Source: Ophelia neglecta
Lineage: Eukaryota
NCBI GenBank assembly: GCA_965285935.1
Contig: OZ260662.1
Coordinates: forward strand, 34,534,001 to 34,598,000
Direction of reading: 5' to 3'
DNA: 64,000 nt
Part shown: in pieces, positions 1-12,700 of the stretch
How positions within the stretch are numbered: the stretch's first letter is position 1
How the letters are laid out: each line of letters starts with the position of its first letter
Notes under the pieces: model-generated
The model's database searches: none
The model's input: only the letters and a program-made list of their open reading frames with translations
What the model was told of the DNA's origin: nothing
Translations under genes and position numbers: made by a program

Positions 1-1380
1 TGTGTAATATATGGAGTTGAATTTTGGTAGACATATTCCATTTGTATGGTGGTAGCCATTTGATATTGGGTAGAGGGAGTATATGCCTGATTTCTTAGAT
101 AAAAATTTGTTTCCCACTTTACTGATTTTGTTTTTCCTTGCTTAAAAGAACAAGTCTTAAAATTATATATGCAGACCAAGTGTGTATCCCCCCCCCCCCT
201 CTCCTCCTTTCAATCAGTTCATCTGGTCCTTATCTTAGTGAGAGTAATTGAGCAAACAAGAACCATTTCAAACTAATAGTAGACAAGAAAAAACAGAAAG
301 GTTGGTACATGTATCCTGTACATGTAGTATAGGCTTACTATATAAATAAACTACATTCATTAATCTAAAATTAGGTGGCTTTATGGATAACGGCTTTCAT
401 TTAGTGGGATTCAGTTGATGAACCAAACTCATGGAACAATGATGTTGTTAAAACAGCACAGTTGAATAAATACTGAATTGGAAAGTTCATTTGGTCCGGG
501 GACAATGCCTGTGTATATACATACCGGTATATACCAATGGCAGGTTTTTACCTGAAATACTGTCAAGTGGCCAAGCGTTTAATACATTATATCACAATCA
601 GTAAGACTTTGAAGAGCTTACAGTGTTATTTGGATTTTTTGGATATAGAAATAGTAACCAGTGATCTATCTTCTCTGTAGAATGACAAAGCAAGGCAAAA
701 ACATTGTTATTGCAAATAGTTCTCATTCCACAGCATCTTAAAAAGGAACCACATGGTTTTCAGGCGCCAAGGATTAAGTGAGTAAGCGTATGGACACCCA
801 GGGGATCATACATTTTCTTCATATTTCGATCAATAAAGATCTCATCTGGCATCTGGTTGTTGAAAAGGAGACTTAAAAGCAGATAGATTGTGGCACATAC
901 AGTTGCTGCATATGGGGTGTCAGACCACCAATATGTCAGTAGTCCCAAGGGACTGCTCAGGTATAATATCCACCATATTTATAAAGAAAATACACCAAAT
1001 AGGTGTTGTGGGGTATTGTTTATGCCATTGATCTGTTCTAGTATGGACACAATGGTGACACTGCTGGCCTTGGATGGTGATGTCACAATGATGTAATCAT
1101 CCTCACAGTGATGTAATTTTCACCTGCCACCGGCTACACCATTGAACGCCTACATAATACCCTATACTAGCTCTTTTATTTTCATGCGCTAAGTCTATTA
1201 TGAGAAGAATGGGGATTTAATGTATAAATCTACAAGCTAATTCTCTATTAATTCCTATTGTCAGGGACTTGTCATACAAACAAATATTGGTGGGAAGTAA
1301 AAACAATATCATATAAATATCAGATTTTATGGCCTTAAAATGTTGTTTGCAGAAAATATAATTGTGGGCTTTGCAGGATG

Positions 1381-1446
1381 ACCCCTAAGGCCCCCTAAGG
1401 TAAGGCCCCCTAAGGTAAGGCCCCCTAAGGACTCCCTAAGGCCCCC
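1381..1446. repeat. Short tandem repeat of CCCCCTAAGG(TAAGG)
   Basis: About 5 copies of (c)ccctaagg, two with an extra taagg. Confidence 0.85.
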
Positions 1447-4400
1447 ATTGTCAGTAGCAAATAATCCTTGTGTGTATGACAAATGGAAGTGTTGGTGTGC
1501 TGTCTAATAGCCCCTTATAGGCCCAGGCACCAGACTGGCAAATCCCCTTTATGCTGTCCTACCCTGCTTTTAACTTATCACCTACTAATTGTGGCTAATC
1601 ATTAAAGTGCATGGCAGAGTCAAGTTTTAATGGCATTTCAAAAGGCAGATACTTACCCTGTAATCATGATGAATACAAACAAACATCCGTCAGTGGTGAG
1701 TGAGACACGTGCGGTCATGGGGAATTGAGAACATTTTTCACCGGAAAAGATAAATATAAAACAATCGCTATCTGTTTTTTTGGTTCTGTCACGCACGTTT
1801 TTTCATGACAATTTGACAAGGATTGGCGTCATCAACAAATATATAATGTGCATCTTGTCAGTTTTTTTTGTCAGCTCTGAAAGGATCTAGACACATGACA
1901 ACATGTAATAAGTATCAAGTGATGAGATTTGGCAGTACTACCTGAGGCTGTGTGACTTGTGTTGCTGTGTATTTTACTGATGGTCTCATATATCCAAGAC
2001 AGTGTATGGCAATCCAAGGCATTGGGCCAGTACCTAACACATCTCCAGTTAGGATGGTACATTTTTCTCTCCACAACTACTTCATAATGCATTGATAGTT
2101 TGAAGAAAAGAATGTTATGTGCAATGAAACATAAATGAATTCAGCTGAAATGTCATGATGGTTTTAGTGGTTTATTATGGCCAGTCACTCAGGGAGAGAA
2201 TTAGCAAATATGTGTTGGGGGGGGGGGGGGGCATTTTACACAACGAATGCATCAATAAGGTACATTTCAATTGAAATTCAACAATTAAGGGAAATGACAT
2301 CACTGGTGATATCACATTTCATTGTCTCTTTATACAAAATGGATGAATACAAGGAGAAAAAGGTAGCCCCCATGTAGGACCGTCTAGTGTACTGATACTG
2401 AACCCCAATTGAACCAGTTTATTGAAATGTTTACATCATTTGAACCAACCACAAGAGGTTCATGTAGGTTGCATGCCTGTGATTGGATGGTAGTAGGAAA
2501 CAGCTAATTTTGCAGCATATAGTAAAATACCAGTAAAAATCTTCTAGTTGTAATTTGCTATTCAGGCCACTCAATAATTTTTTCATGAAGATAAGGGGAT
2601 GATTCACCCAGATCATTACTTTCATTCGGCTCAGATTCTCCTAGGTTTCTTCATCTCAGACATTTTCAAAACTGTATCAGACATCTCTAAACTGTATTGT
2701 CTGAGTGGAAGTAGAGAAGGAAGACTTGGAAAAGTGCATGGAAATATTTTTATGTACTTGTATATTTTATTTGGGGTCATCAAAGTATTTTAAGTCACAA
2801 AACATAGAAATACCATGCCTGCAGAATTCTCATATATATAGTCATCACTGGGAGTATGTATTGTAACTAATAAAGTGGTGGCATATGCCTGCATTATTAG
2901 AAAGGGTATACATAGCCATGTTCCAAACCATTTCTTTTATATCTATGACTTGAACAATGCAGATTTGGGAGAAGATGCCTACTGAATTAATAATTAAGGC
3001 AGGTATTGATGTAACAGGAAATGCCAATAAAGATCCCTAACAGCATTTATTGTCAATCTACAATCTACACACCTTGAATATTAGGCTAAAACTAACCAAT
3101 GGTTTGTGGGAGCCATTGTTAGAACTCATGGGTTAGAACCATTTTTATGCTGGAGGCACCACAACTGTGACAGTTTAGTGTAACCCCCCTCCCTGCCCCC
3201 CCCCCCCCCCTGCCCCCCAGTACATGCCTGGTAGAGCATGGTAGTGCATGAGAGAGCATGGCATGGAAACTGGCTGAGCATGGCACGCTTTTACATATTT
3301 GAAAGGAATTGCAAACTAGGATGCAACTCAAAGAAATTTTTACTATTTAACAGAGAACTTGAGACTGATTGACTCTCTTAATTTCCTGTGTTAGGTCCCA
3401 CATCATTCTGTTTGAACTGTCAGAATTGGATTTTAGGTACAGAAAAATGACTTCTGGCATCACAATTATAGAATACAAAATTGAAGACTCGCTATATTCC
3501 CTGATTGTCAGTTCAATCTCCAGCCTTCACCCCCCTCGTCTCTGAAACACAGAAAAACCACACAAATATTGAATTTGATGAAAGCCTGATCAAAGCCATG
3601 AATAATTGCCTAAAAACAGGGTATCATCATGACATTAGAGAAGAGACTTGGAGACATCTGACTAGTTCTATTTTAGTCCGGAAGCTGGTAGGCTTGTTCC
3701 TGTTGGCATGACGGCTGCTTGTTTAATGCTGGTGAGATAACCCTATCAGTTTTATAGTATCAATCACACATAAAGCAGCAGGCTAACTATACTGCCATCC
3801 CTAAATATTGTGATTTGTTGGCAGAGGCGCCTGGTAAATATGACCAAGATGGACTAGTTTTTATTGATAAAAGTAACGTTATGTCTCTTTGATGAAAGCG
3901 TTTTCATGATGTTTGGAATGCATTTTGTATGATGTTGCATTCTTTCATGTAACCTGTACACTTCCATGCCAAGAGGACCACCAACCACCCACAAATAACA
4001 GTACTACATGTGAGAAAGGTCAGGAAAATTCTGATCATCAGTCAATGTGTTTCAGAGGTACATTACCAAAGCATTAAAAAGAGCACTCACACTGCATTAT
4101 ATATCATATATTAAAGTATCTAGATATACTAGACATGCAACACATAAAACTTATTATTAAGATATTTGGTCTGTATACTGGCTGGATAATGTTTTTAAAT
4201 GCAGGTAATCACCTGAAGTACATTTACTTCAATGGTCATGTACATTGTATTCAAATGGTTAGAATTCTTTAGTGCAGTTTGATCAGTCATTAGCTGCATT
4301 CCTATTCTGATAAAACCCTGTTTTGTTCACATAAAAAGGAGCTAGATGACTAGTAGATAACATGTAGACAAACATGTACAGGTTGCTCTGTTGGACTATT

Positions 4401-4556
4401 TCTGGTATACATGTACAAAGGGGTGGTTCTAGGCGCTTAGGAAGGAATGGGAGTCCTGAATGTGCCATAGCACCAACAAACAGCCTGTGAGCAGAAACTA
4501 AACTAAGTATGAGAGCTGGCAGATAGCGACCTTTCCAAAAGAAGTTTTGGATTTTT

Positions 4557-4845
4557 GACCCCCCTTCCCCCTCCCTCCCCTTCGATCCACCACTTGACCT
4601 CTCACAGTGCAATTCCCCCCCTAAATCCACTGCTTGATCCCCACCCTCGCCTGTCAATCCACCCCTTCAAGACCCCTCCACCCATAGATCCACCCATTGA
4701 CCCCTTCCCACCAACCCTATTTCTCTTCAATCCATTTCTTGATGTCCTCTGCCCCCTCAATCTACCCCATGCCCCCCCCCCCCATTCTCTCCCCTCAACT
4801 CATTCCTTGACCCCTTCCCCAGTCATCTCAATCCACCCCTCTACA
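4557..4845. repeat. C-rich low-complexity tract
   Basis: Dense CCC-CCCCCC runs with recurring atccacc/ttgacccc words; explains the Pro-rich ORF 4555-4875 and the Gly-rich start of ORF 4283-4657(-). Confidence 0.8.
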
Positions 4846-5720
4846 CAGTTTTATACAATCTTTTATGTCTACTAATCAGATATGAAGCAACTGAGAAACC
4901 CTTTCAGCAGTTTCTTCGATTTGAGACATTCTGGAGGTGATAATGATTTGATTGTTGAGTGGCACCACTTCAAACTTATATAAAAAGTGTGAAGTGTGGA
5001 TCAGAAAGAGTGAAAAATGGGTGTACCGCTTGACTCTATGGAATAGTTGGCGGAATGCAACTGATTTCCTGAATAGAAGGAGACTTATTCAAGTGGTTAT
5101 CTATGGCCTATGCATTACACCTTGATCCATATTTACATCAACGGGACCGAAAGACTTCACCCGGTGAAATTCTACAGGAATCAAGTTGATCAGATTGTGT
5201 AGTGAAATGGCAAAGATGACGCCATCCAGATAAGAAATCTAGCCTGAATGGTTTTAAATCTGTTCTTGTGGGCCTTTGGTCTTATTTCATTACACCATTA
5301 CATTTAAACACCAACTTTTCTTAAGCTTATAGAAAATTTTCCAGGCAGTGATATATGGCAGTGTTGAGCATTCCATTGTTGAGACAAGTAGGTGTAAAAT
5401 GAGTCTGCTTTTGATAAACTGAAAGGAGAGTGTTTGTTATACATGTACATGTATATTTGGAGATCTATCTGCATGTTATTGATGAAGCACAGGATGTTGT
5501 GTAAATTTATAGATTTAAGTCACGCCTGATGTAAAGTCCCTTACCAAATTATCATCTCTGAAGGATAAGAATGAACTTATTAGGATGAACTCCTTTCCTT
5601 GTCCAGTTTCATTGTACAGGCTCTCTTTTTATTCACACAAACCTTCTGAAGCTTGCCTCATTTGTGTAGTTTTAAACAAAGTGCAAATGCCAAGCATATC
5701 AGACTGCAAAATTGTCAAAA

Positions 5721-8700
5721 CCTCAGCCCTGAGTATCCTCAGTATCCTCAGCCCTCCTCAATATCCTCAGCCCTCCTCTGCCCTCCTCAGCCCTCAGTAT
5801 CCTCAGCCCTCTCAGGCCCTCAGTGTCCTCAGCCCTCAGTATCCTCAGCCCTCCCAGGCCCTCAGTATCCTCAGCCCTCCCAGGCCCTCAGTATCCTCAG
5901 CCCTCCCAGGCCCTCAGTATCCTCAGCCCTCCCAGGCCCTCAGTATCCTCAGCCCTCCCAGGCCCTCAGTATCCTCAGCCCTCCCAGGCCCTCAGTATCT
6001 TCAGCCCTCCCAGGCCCTCAGTATCCTCAGCCCTCAGTATCCTCAGCCCTCCCAGGCCCTCAGTATCCTCAGCCCTCCCAGGCCCTCAGTATCCTCAGCC
6101 CTCAGTATCCTCAGCCCTCCCAGGCCCTCAGTATCCTCAGCCCTCAGTATCCTTGGCCCTCAGTATCCTCAGCCCTCAGTATACTCAGCCCTACTCAGCC
6201 CTCAGTATCCTCAGCCCTCAATATCCTCAGCCCTCCCAGGCCGTCAGTATCCTCAGCCCTCCCAGGCCCTCAGTATCCTCAGCCCTCCCAGGCCCTCAGT
6301 ATCCTCAGCCCTCAGTATCCTCAGCCCTCCCTGGCCCTCAGTATCCTCAGCCCTCCCAGGCCCTCAGTATCCTCAGCCCTCAGTATCCTCGGCCCTCAGT
6401 ATCCTCAGCCCTCCCTGGCCCTCAGTATCCTCAGCCCTCCCAGGCCCTCAGTATCCTCAGCCCTCAGTATCCTCAGCCCTCCCAGGCCCTCAGTATCCTC
6501 AGCCCTCCCAGGCCCTCAGTATCCTCAGCCCTCCGTATCCTCAGCCCTCCCAGGCCCTCAGTATCTCAGCCCTCCCAGGCCTCAGTATCCTCAGCCTCAG
6601 TATCCTCAGCCCTCCCAGCCTCCAGTTTATCCTCAGCTCTCAGTATCCTCAGCCCTCCCAGCCCTCAGTATCCTCAGCCTCCCAGCCCTCAGTATCCTCA
6701 GCCTCAGTATCCTCAGCCCTCCCAGGCCCTCAGTATCCTCAGCCCCTCCCAGGCCCTCAGTATCCTCAGCCCTCAGTATCCTCAGCCTCAGTATCCCCGG
6801 CCCCAGTATCCTCAGCCCTCAGTATCCTCAGCCCTACTCAGCCCTCAGTATCCTCAGCCCTCCCAGGCCCTCAGTATCCTCAGCCCTCCCAGGCCCTCAG
6901 TATCCTCAGCCCTCCCAGGCCCTCAGTATCCTCAGCCCTCCCAGGCCCTCAGTCTCAGCCTCAGCCCTCAGTATCCTCAGCCCTCTCAGCCCTCCTCTCA
7001 GTATCCTCAGCCCTCCCAGGCCCTCAGTATCCTCAGCTCTCAGTATCCTCGGCTCTCAGTATCCTCAGCCCTCCCAGGCCCTCAGTATCCTCAGCCCTCA
7101 GTATCCTCAGCCCTCAGTATCCTCAGCCCTCAGTATCATCAGCCCTCAGTATCCTCAGCCCTCCTCAGCCCTTGTTATCCTCAGCCCTTGTTATCCTCAG
7201 CCCTCAGTATCCTCAGCCCTCAGTATCCTCAGTGCTCCTCAGCCCTCAGTATCCTCAGCCCTCGCCAGCCCTCACTATCCTCAGCCCTCCTCAGCCCTCA
7301 GTGTACTTAGCCCTCGGTATACTCAGCCCCTCCCCCTCAGCTAGCAGTATCCTCAGCCCTCCTCAGCCCTCCTCGTCCCTTGTTATCCTCAGCCCACCTC
7401 AGCCCTCAGTATCCTTAGCCCTCCTCAGCCCTCAGTATTCTCAGCCCTCAGTATCCTTAGCACTACTCAGCCCTCAGTATCCTCAGCCGTCCTCAGCCCT
7501 CCTCAGTACCATCAACCCTCCTCTGCACTCCTCGGTATCCTCAGCCCTACTCAGCCCTCAGTATCCTCAGCCCTCCTCAGCCCTCACTATCCTCAGCCCT
7601 CCTCAGCCCTCAGTGTACTTAGCCCTCGGTATACTCAGCCCCCCCCCCCCCCTCAGCTATCAGTATCCTCAGCCCTCCTCGTCCCTTGTTATCCTCAGCC
7701 CACCTCAGCCCTCAGTTTCCTCAGCCCTCTCCAGCCCTCAGTATACTCAGCCCTCATTATACTCAACCCCTCTCAGCTCTCATTATCATCAGCCCTACTC
7801 AGCCCTCAGTATCCTCAGCCCTACCCAGCCCTCAGAATCCTCAGCCCTACTCAGCCCTCAGTATCCTCAGCCCTCAGTATCCTCAGCCCTCAGTATCCTC
7901 AGCCCTACTCAGCCCTCAGTATCCTCAGCCCTACTCAGCCCTCAGTATCCTCAGCCCTACTCAGCCCTCAGTATCCTCAGCCCTACCCAGCCCTCAGAAT
8001 CCTCAGCCCTACTCAGCCCTCAGTATCCTCAGCCCTCCGTATCCTCAGCCCTCAGTATCCCCAGCCCTACTCAGCCCTCAGTATCCTCAGTCCTCAGTAT
8101 CCTCAGCCCTAAGTATCCTCAACCCTCTGTATACTCAGCCCCTCTCTGCTCTCAGTATCATCAGCCCTCTTCAGCCCTCAATATCCTGAGCCCTCAGTTT
8201 CCTCAGCCCTCCTCAGCCCTTGTTATCCTCAGCCCTACTCAGCCCTACTCAGCCCTCAGTATCCTCAGCCCTCCTCAGCCCTCCGTATTCTCAGCCCTCA
8301 GTATACTAAGCCCTCCTTAGCCCTCAGTATCCTCAGCCCTCCTCAGCCCTCAGTATACTCAGCCCTCCTCAGCCCTCAGTATTCTCAGCCCTCTGTATAC
8401 TAAGCCCTCCTTAGCCCTCAGTATCCTCAGCCCTACTCAGCCCTCAGTATCCTCAGCCCTCAGTATCCTCAGCCCTCAGTATCCTCAGCCCTACTCAGCC
8501 CTCAGTATCCTCAGCCCTCAGTATCCACAGCCCTAAGCATCCTCAACCCTCTGTATACTCAACCCCTCTCAGCTCTCAGTATCCTCAGCCTCTTCAGCCC
8601 TCAATATCCTGAGCCCTCAGTATCCTCAGCCCTCCTCAGCCCTTGTTATCCTCGGTCCTCCTGAACCCTCCTCAGCCCTCAGTATACTCAGCCCCCCCCC

Positions 8701-9771
8701 CCCCTCAGCTCTCAGTATCCTCAGCCCTCAGTATCCTCAGCCCTCCTTAGCCCTCAGTATCCTCAGCCCTCAGTATTCTCAGGCCTCAGTATACTAAGCC
8801 CTCCTTAGCCCTCCTTAGCCCTCAGTATCCTCAGCCCTCCTCAGCCCTCCGTATTCTCATCCCTCAGTATACTAAGCCCTCCTTAACCCTCAGTATCCTC
8901 AGCCCTCCTCAGCCCTCAGTATACTCAGCCCTCCTCAGCCCTCAGTATTCTCAGCCCTCTGTATACTAAGCCCTCCTTAGCCCTCAGTATCCTCAGCCCT
9001 CCTCAGCCCTCAGTATTCTCAGCCCTCAGTATCCTCAGCCCTCCTCAGCCCTCAGTATCCTCAGCCCTCCTCAGCCCTCAGTATTCTCAGCCCTCGGTAT
9101 ACTAAGCCCTCCTTAGCCCTCAGGATCCTCAGCCCTCCTCAGCCCTCAGTATTCTCAGCCCTCAGTATCCTCAGCCCTCCTCAGCCCTCAGTATACTAAG
9201 CCCTCCTTAGCCCTCAGTGTCCTCAGCTCTCCTTGGCCCTCAGTATCCTCAGCCCTCCTCAGCCCTCAGTTTTCTCAGTCCTCAGTATACTAAGCCCTCC
9301 TTAGCCCTCAGTATTCTCAGCCCTCAGTATCCTCAGCCCTCCTCAGCCCTCAGTATTCTCAGCCCTCAGTATACTAAGCCCTCCTAAGCCCTCAGTATCC
9401 TCAGCCCTCCCCAGCCCTCAGCCCTCAGTATACTAAGCCCTCCTTAGCCCTCAGTATTCTCAGCCCTCAGTATCCTCAGCCCTCCTCAGCCCTCCTCAGC
9501 CCTCAGTATTCTCAGCCCTCAGTATACTAAGCCCTCCTTAGCCCTCAGTATCCTCAGCTCTCCTCAGCCCTCAGTATTCTCAGCCCTCAGTATACTAAGC
9601 CCTCCTTAGCCCTCAGTATTCTCAGCCCTCAGTATACTCAGCCCTCAGTATCCTCAGACCTCACTATCCTCAGCCCTCCCCAGCCCTCAGTATACTCAGC
9701 CCTCATCATCCCTTACTATCCTTAGTCCTCCTCAGCTTTCAGTATCTTCAGCCATCAGTAACCTCAGCCCT
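5721..9771. repeat. ~4.05-kb C-rich compound minisatellite (CCTCAGC / CCTCAGTAT / CCTCCCAGGC / CCTCCTCAGC words; common 16- and 26-bp units)
   Basis: Continuous array from aaaa|cctcagccct at 5721 to cctcagccct|aaaa at 9771; units such as CCTCAGTATCCTCAGC and CCCTCAGTATCCTCAGCCCTCCCAGG. Confidence 0.98.
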
Positions 9772-12700
9772 AAAATGAAAGTTATAAATTAATAAAGGGT
9801 GCTTGTTATAGGCATTATGGTGTGTTACAGAAATATGACTTCACTGCATTCAGTAAATAAAGCCTTGTTGAAGTCTTAGATTCTCTAGGTCCAGAATTAT
9901 TGGAAAAGGTCACGATGGAAAGCGGTGCAGCACTGGAGTGGCACAGGTGTAAGTGCTGGATTTCCGGAAGAGAAAATTCAGGATTTCTGATTGCAGGGAA
10001 ATGTTAATGGCCTGTTTTTAACAATGGTATCTGTGTTTAGTTTTGCAATCCTAACAATTTTTGGAAACAAGAGATATGTTTTTATGTGGTGCAAAAGTGA
10101 GTAAACATGTACAAGTATATGCCTGTATAGTTTGTAGGCAACCACTTTACCATACTTTAAAGACTTTGTTTCTTTTCCTTCCTTTAACTGTTTGTCAGAT
10201 CTCAGTACATTATATTAGCAACTAATACATGAAAGCAGAAGCCTCCAGATCTGATAAAGGTACTTGTGAAGTTTACCTTTTTTCACAGTTATTCACTTTT
10301 TGAGGAGCATTTTGAAAAGTATCAAACGGAAATCATCCAACCATGATGGCTCACTTGTTTCAGTCTGTTCACAGATTATAAAGAGGGCATATTCTCCTTG
10401 ACCCATATCACTAGGTCAAACACAGGGTCAATATCAGGGCTGCCTTGTAAAAAATAAGTTGAGCAATATTAACATGGGAGATTTGCCTTTTCAATGGCTC
10501 TCAGGTGGCCAGATTGGGGAGTATTTTAAGTTCCCAATATGCCCGCCCCCTCACCCGCCTTGCAAATGGTGAATGAAGGGCCTTGGTACATGTAGGCCTG
10601 GTATGTGCTTGTTTCTTATCATTGTGCTAAATATTTTAAGAGCTATTGGCCAGTGAAAAAAATATGTGATGTTCATTGTACATAGGTCCAGTAACTGAGT
10701 TTTATTGACAATAAATAATCTTTTTTTGTTGTCTTGAATCTCACAGAATCCAATTTAGATTAAAGTTTAATTGCTTTGTAAATTAGATAATAATTGATAA
10801 GAAAAATTATTCCCATAGACCATAGCACTCCATTATTCAGAGTTGAGATCTGCACCAATATAAGTGCTGATTTATGAAATCCTGGGGGCTATTTGATGAA
10901 ACCCGTTGATTGTCCTACAGGCTGCTACATGAAAGAGATCAGAGATGGGTGCCGGAGTTGGAGAGAGTCCATGCCCCAATACATCACCAGACTAACATGG
11001 CTGATATCAAAGGAAGCAAACAACTGTAAATCTATCAGGAGAATCAGTGGAGTAGTTGTACTATCTAGAGAAATGGTTCTGTCTAGCTTTGTCTGCTCTT
11101 TGTCACCTGGGACATGTTCCCATTAACCTCAAAGTTTGGTAAAATTTCTCTTTGTTTGAAACAAACTTCATAGCTTCAGCATAACTGTACGTGTTTGGTC
11201 ATTACTTATTTTATATAGACATGAAGTACTGTATTTTATGGAGGATTGGAGAAATTCATTTCCCTTTGGTACCATCTCATCTAAATGCAATTTTGATGGC
11301 TGGTATACCCATGTGCTTAAGATCCCCATCTTAATGTTGACTTATTGACCTTATAGCAGCTTGGCATAAGAAATATTAAGTCAAATGGCATGATTTTTTA
11401 TGAAACCACATATTAATGATGTAATACAGATATTCTATGGTATTAACACCCACTCTAGTTGAAGAAGGTAACGGCTGATACGAGTGAGTGACGTGCACCA
11501 CATTTAGAATCTCATGTATCAGACCTTGACAGGCACGTCCTTGTAAGGCAGTGAGGAGAGTGACAAAGTCTTGTTGGTTCTGACAAAAATGTTGAACTAT
11601 TTGTCAATGATCTTGCGATATATGGCTCTTCTGACATTTCGTGGGATTGCTGAGATGAAGAGAAGCACAATTCACGGAGTCTCTGTTCATTATCACCGAC
11701 CTTCAGCCTGTGGTGTGTCAGGCAAGGTCAAACCAGGAGGAATGCTAAACACTACATTGCCTCTAGTGGCAATGTAAACCGTAACACTACTATACACTTT
11801 TGGTGAAAGCCCATAATAAACTGGGAGCCAGACATACAAATACTGAGCACTCTAGCAGTCTCTGTTTAGTAGAAGCAATGGTACACAGGATCAATTGATG
11901 AAACTTCCAGCTGTTATTCTCATAAAACAATAATTAAAGACATCACAGTTGGCAAAAAAAGAGCAAATCTGAAAAACTCAATGCTGCTTACTACTGGTAC
12001 ACTACATATAATCCAACCTGTAGCTACAAGAACTTAGGCCAGCTCTTAGGTCATGTCATCAGTGTGCTTGAAAATAATACTCAGGTTTATTTGCTCTAAA
12101 GTCTCAAGTTTGAATCAAATATACCAAGTGAGAAATGGTCTACATTGGAACCCTTTTTGAGTGTTCCACAGGGGACATCCATCCATAAGAATGTTCAATT
12201 TTTATGAAAGTTTGGTTCAATTAATCTGCTGCAGTTCCACATGATGTTATATAGAAACACTGACACAAAGTAATTACTACATGTTATAGACAGCTTAGGA
12301 CCTGACAAATACAGTTTCATATCCCAGATCAAGGCCAACACATGGCTACCTGTACGCACACACATTTAGGCACTATTTGCTAAACCCATCACTGACTATC
12401 TGTATAAAGTTTGATGCCATTTTATTCTAAACTGCATAAAATTGTAACTCAGCACCTCAATGGCCAAGGCCAGCAACCAGTCTAAAGGCCTTCAACACCT
12501 TTCCTGCAGTGCATCCAACAAGACTTTCATCCGTGTTCAAATGCCTTTGGCAAAGTCCATGCCACCATGACTCTGTCAGTTGCAACACTGCTGGGCAGTG
12601 TTGCTTACAAAGAGCTGCAAAGGGTTAAAATGAACACTTCTGTTTTACTGTGAGGAAAACTGTAAAACAATCGGAGAGGAAATAAAGTTAATGGTTAATG

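Noticed and set aside
1649-1660. ATACTTACC resembling the U1 snRNA 5' end (also near 59923)
   Set aside because: No U1 body follows; it is simply the complement of a splice-donor consensus.
5585-8320. Long ORFs (911, 563, 495 and 167 aa) encoding PQYPQPS-like proteins
   Set aside because: All three + frames are open and give the same peptides because the 16/26-bp units lack stops and cycle through frames; indels are not in multiples of three. Satellite artefact.
10199-10259. Exon-like segment after a strong polypyrimidine tract
   Set aside because: 61 nt, stops in all three frames, weak donor.
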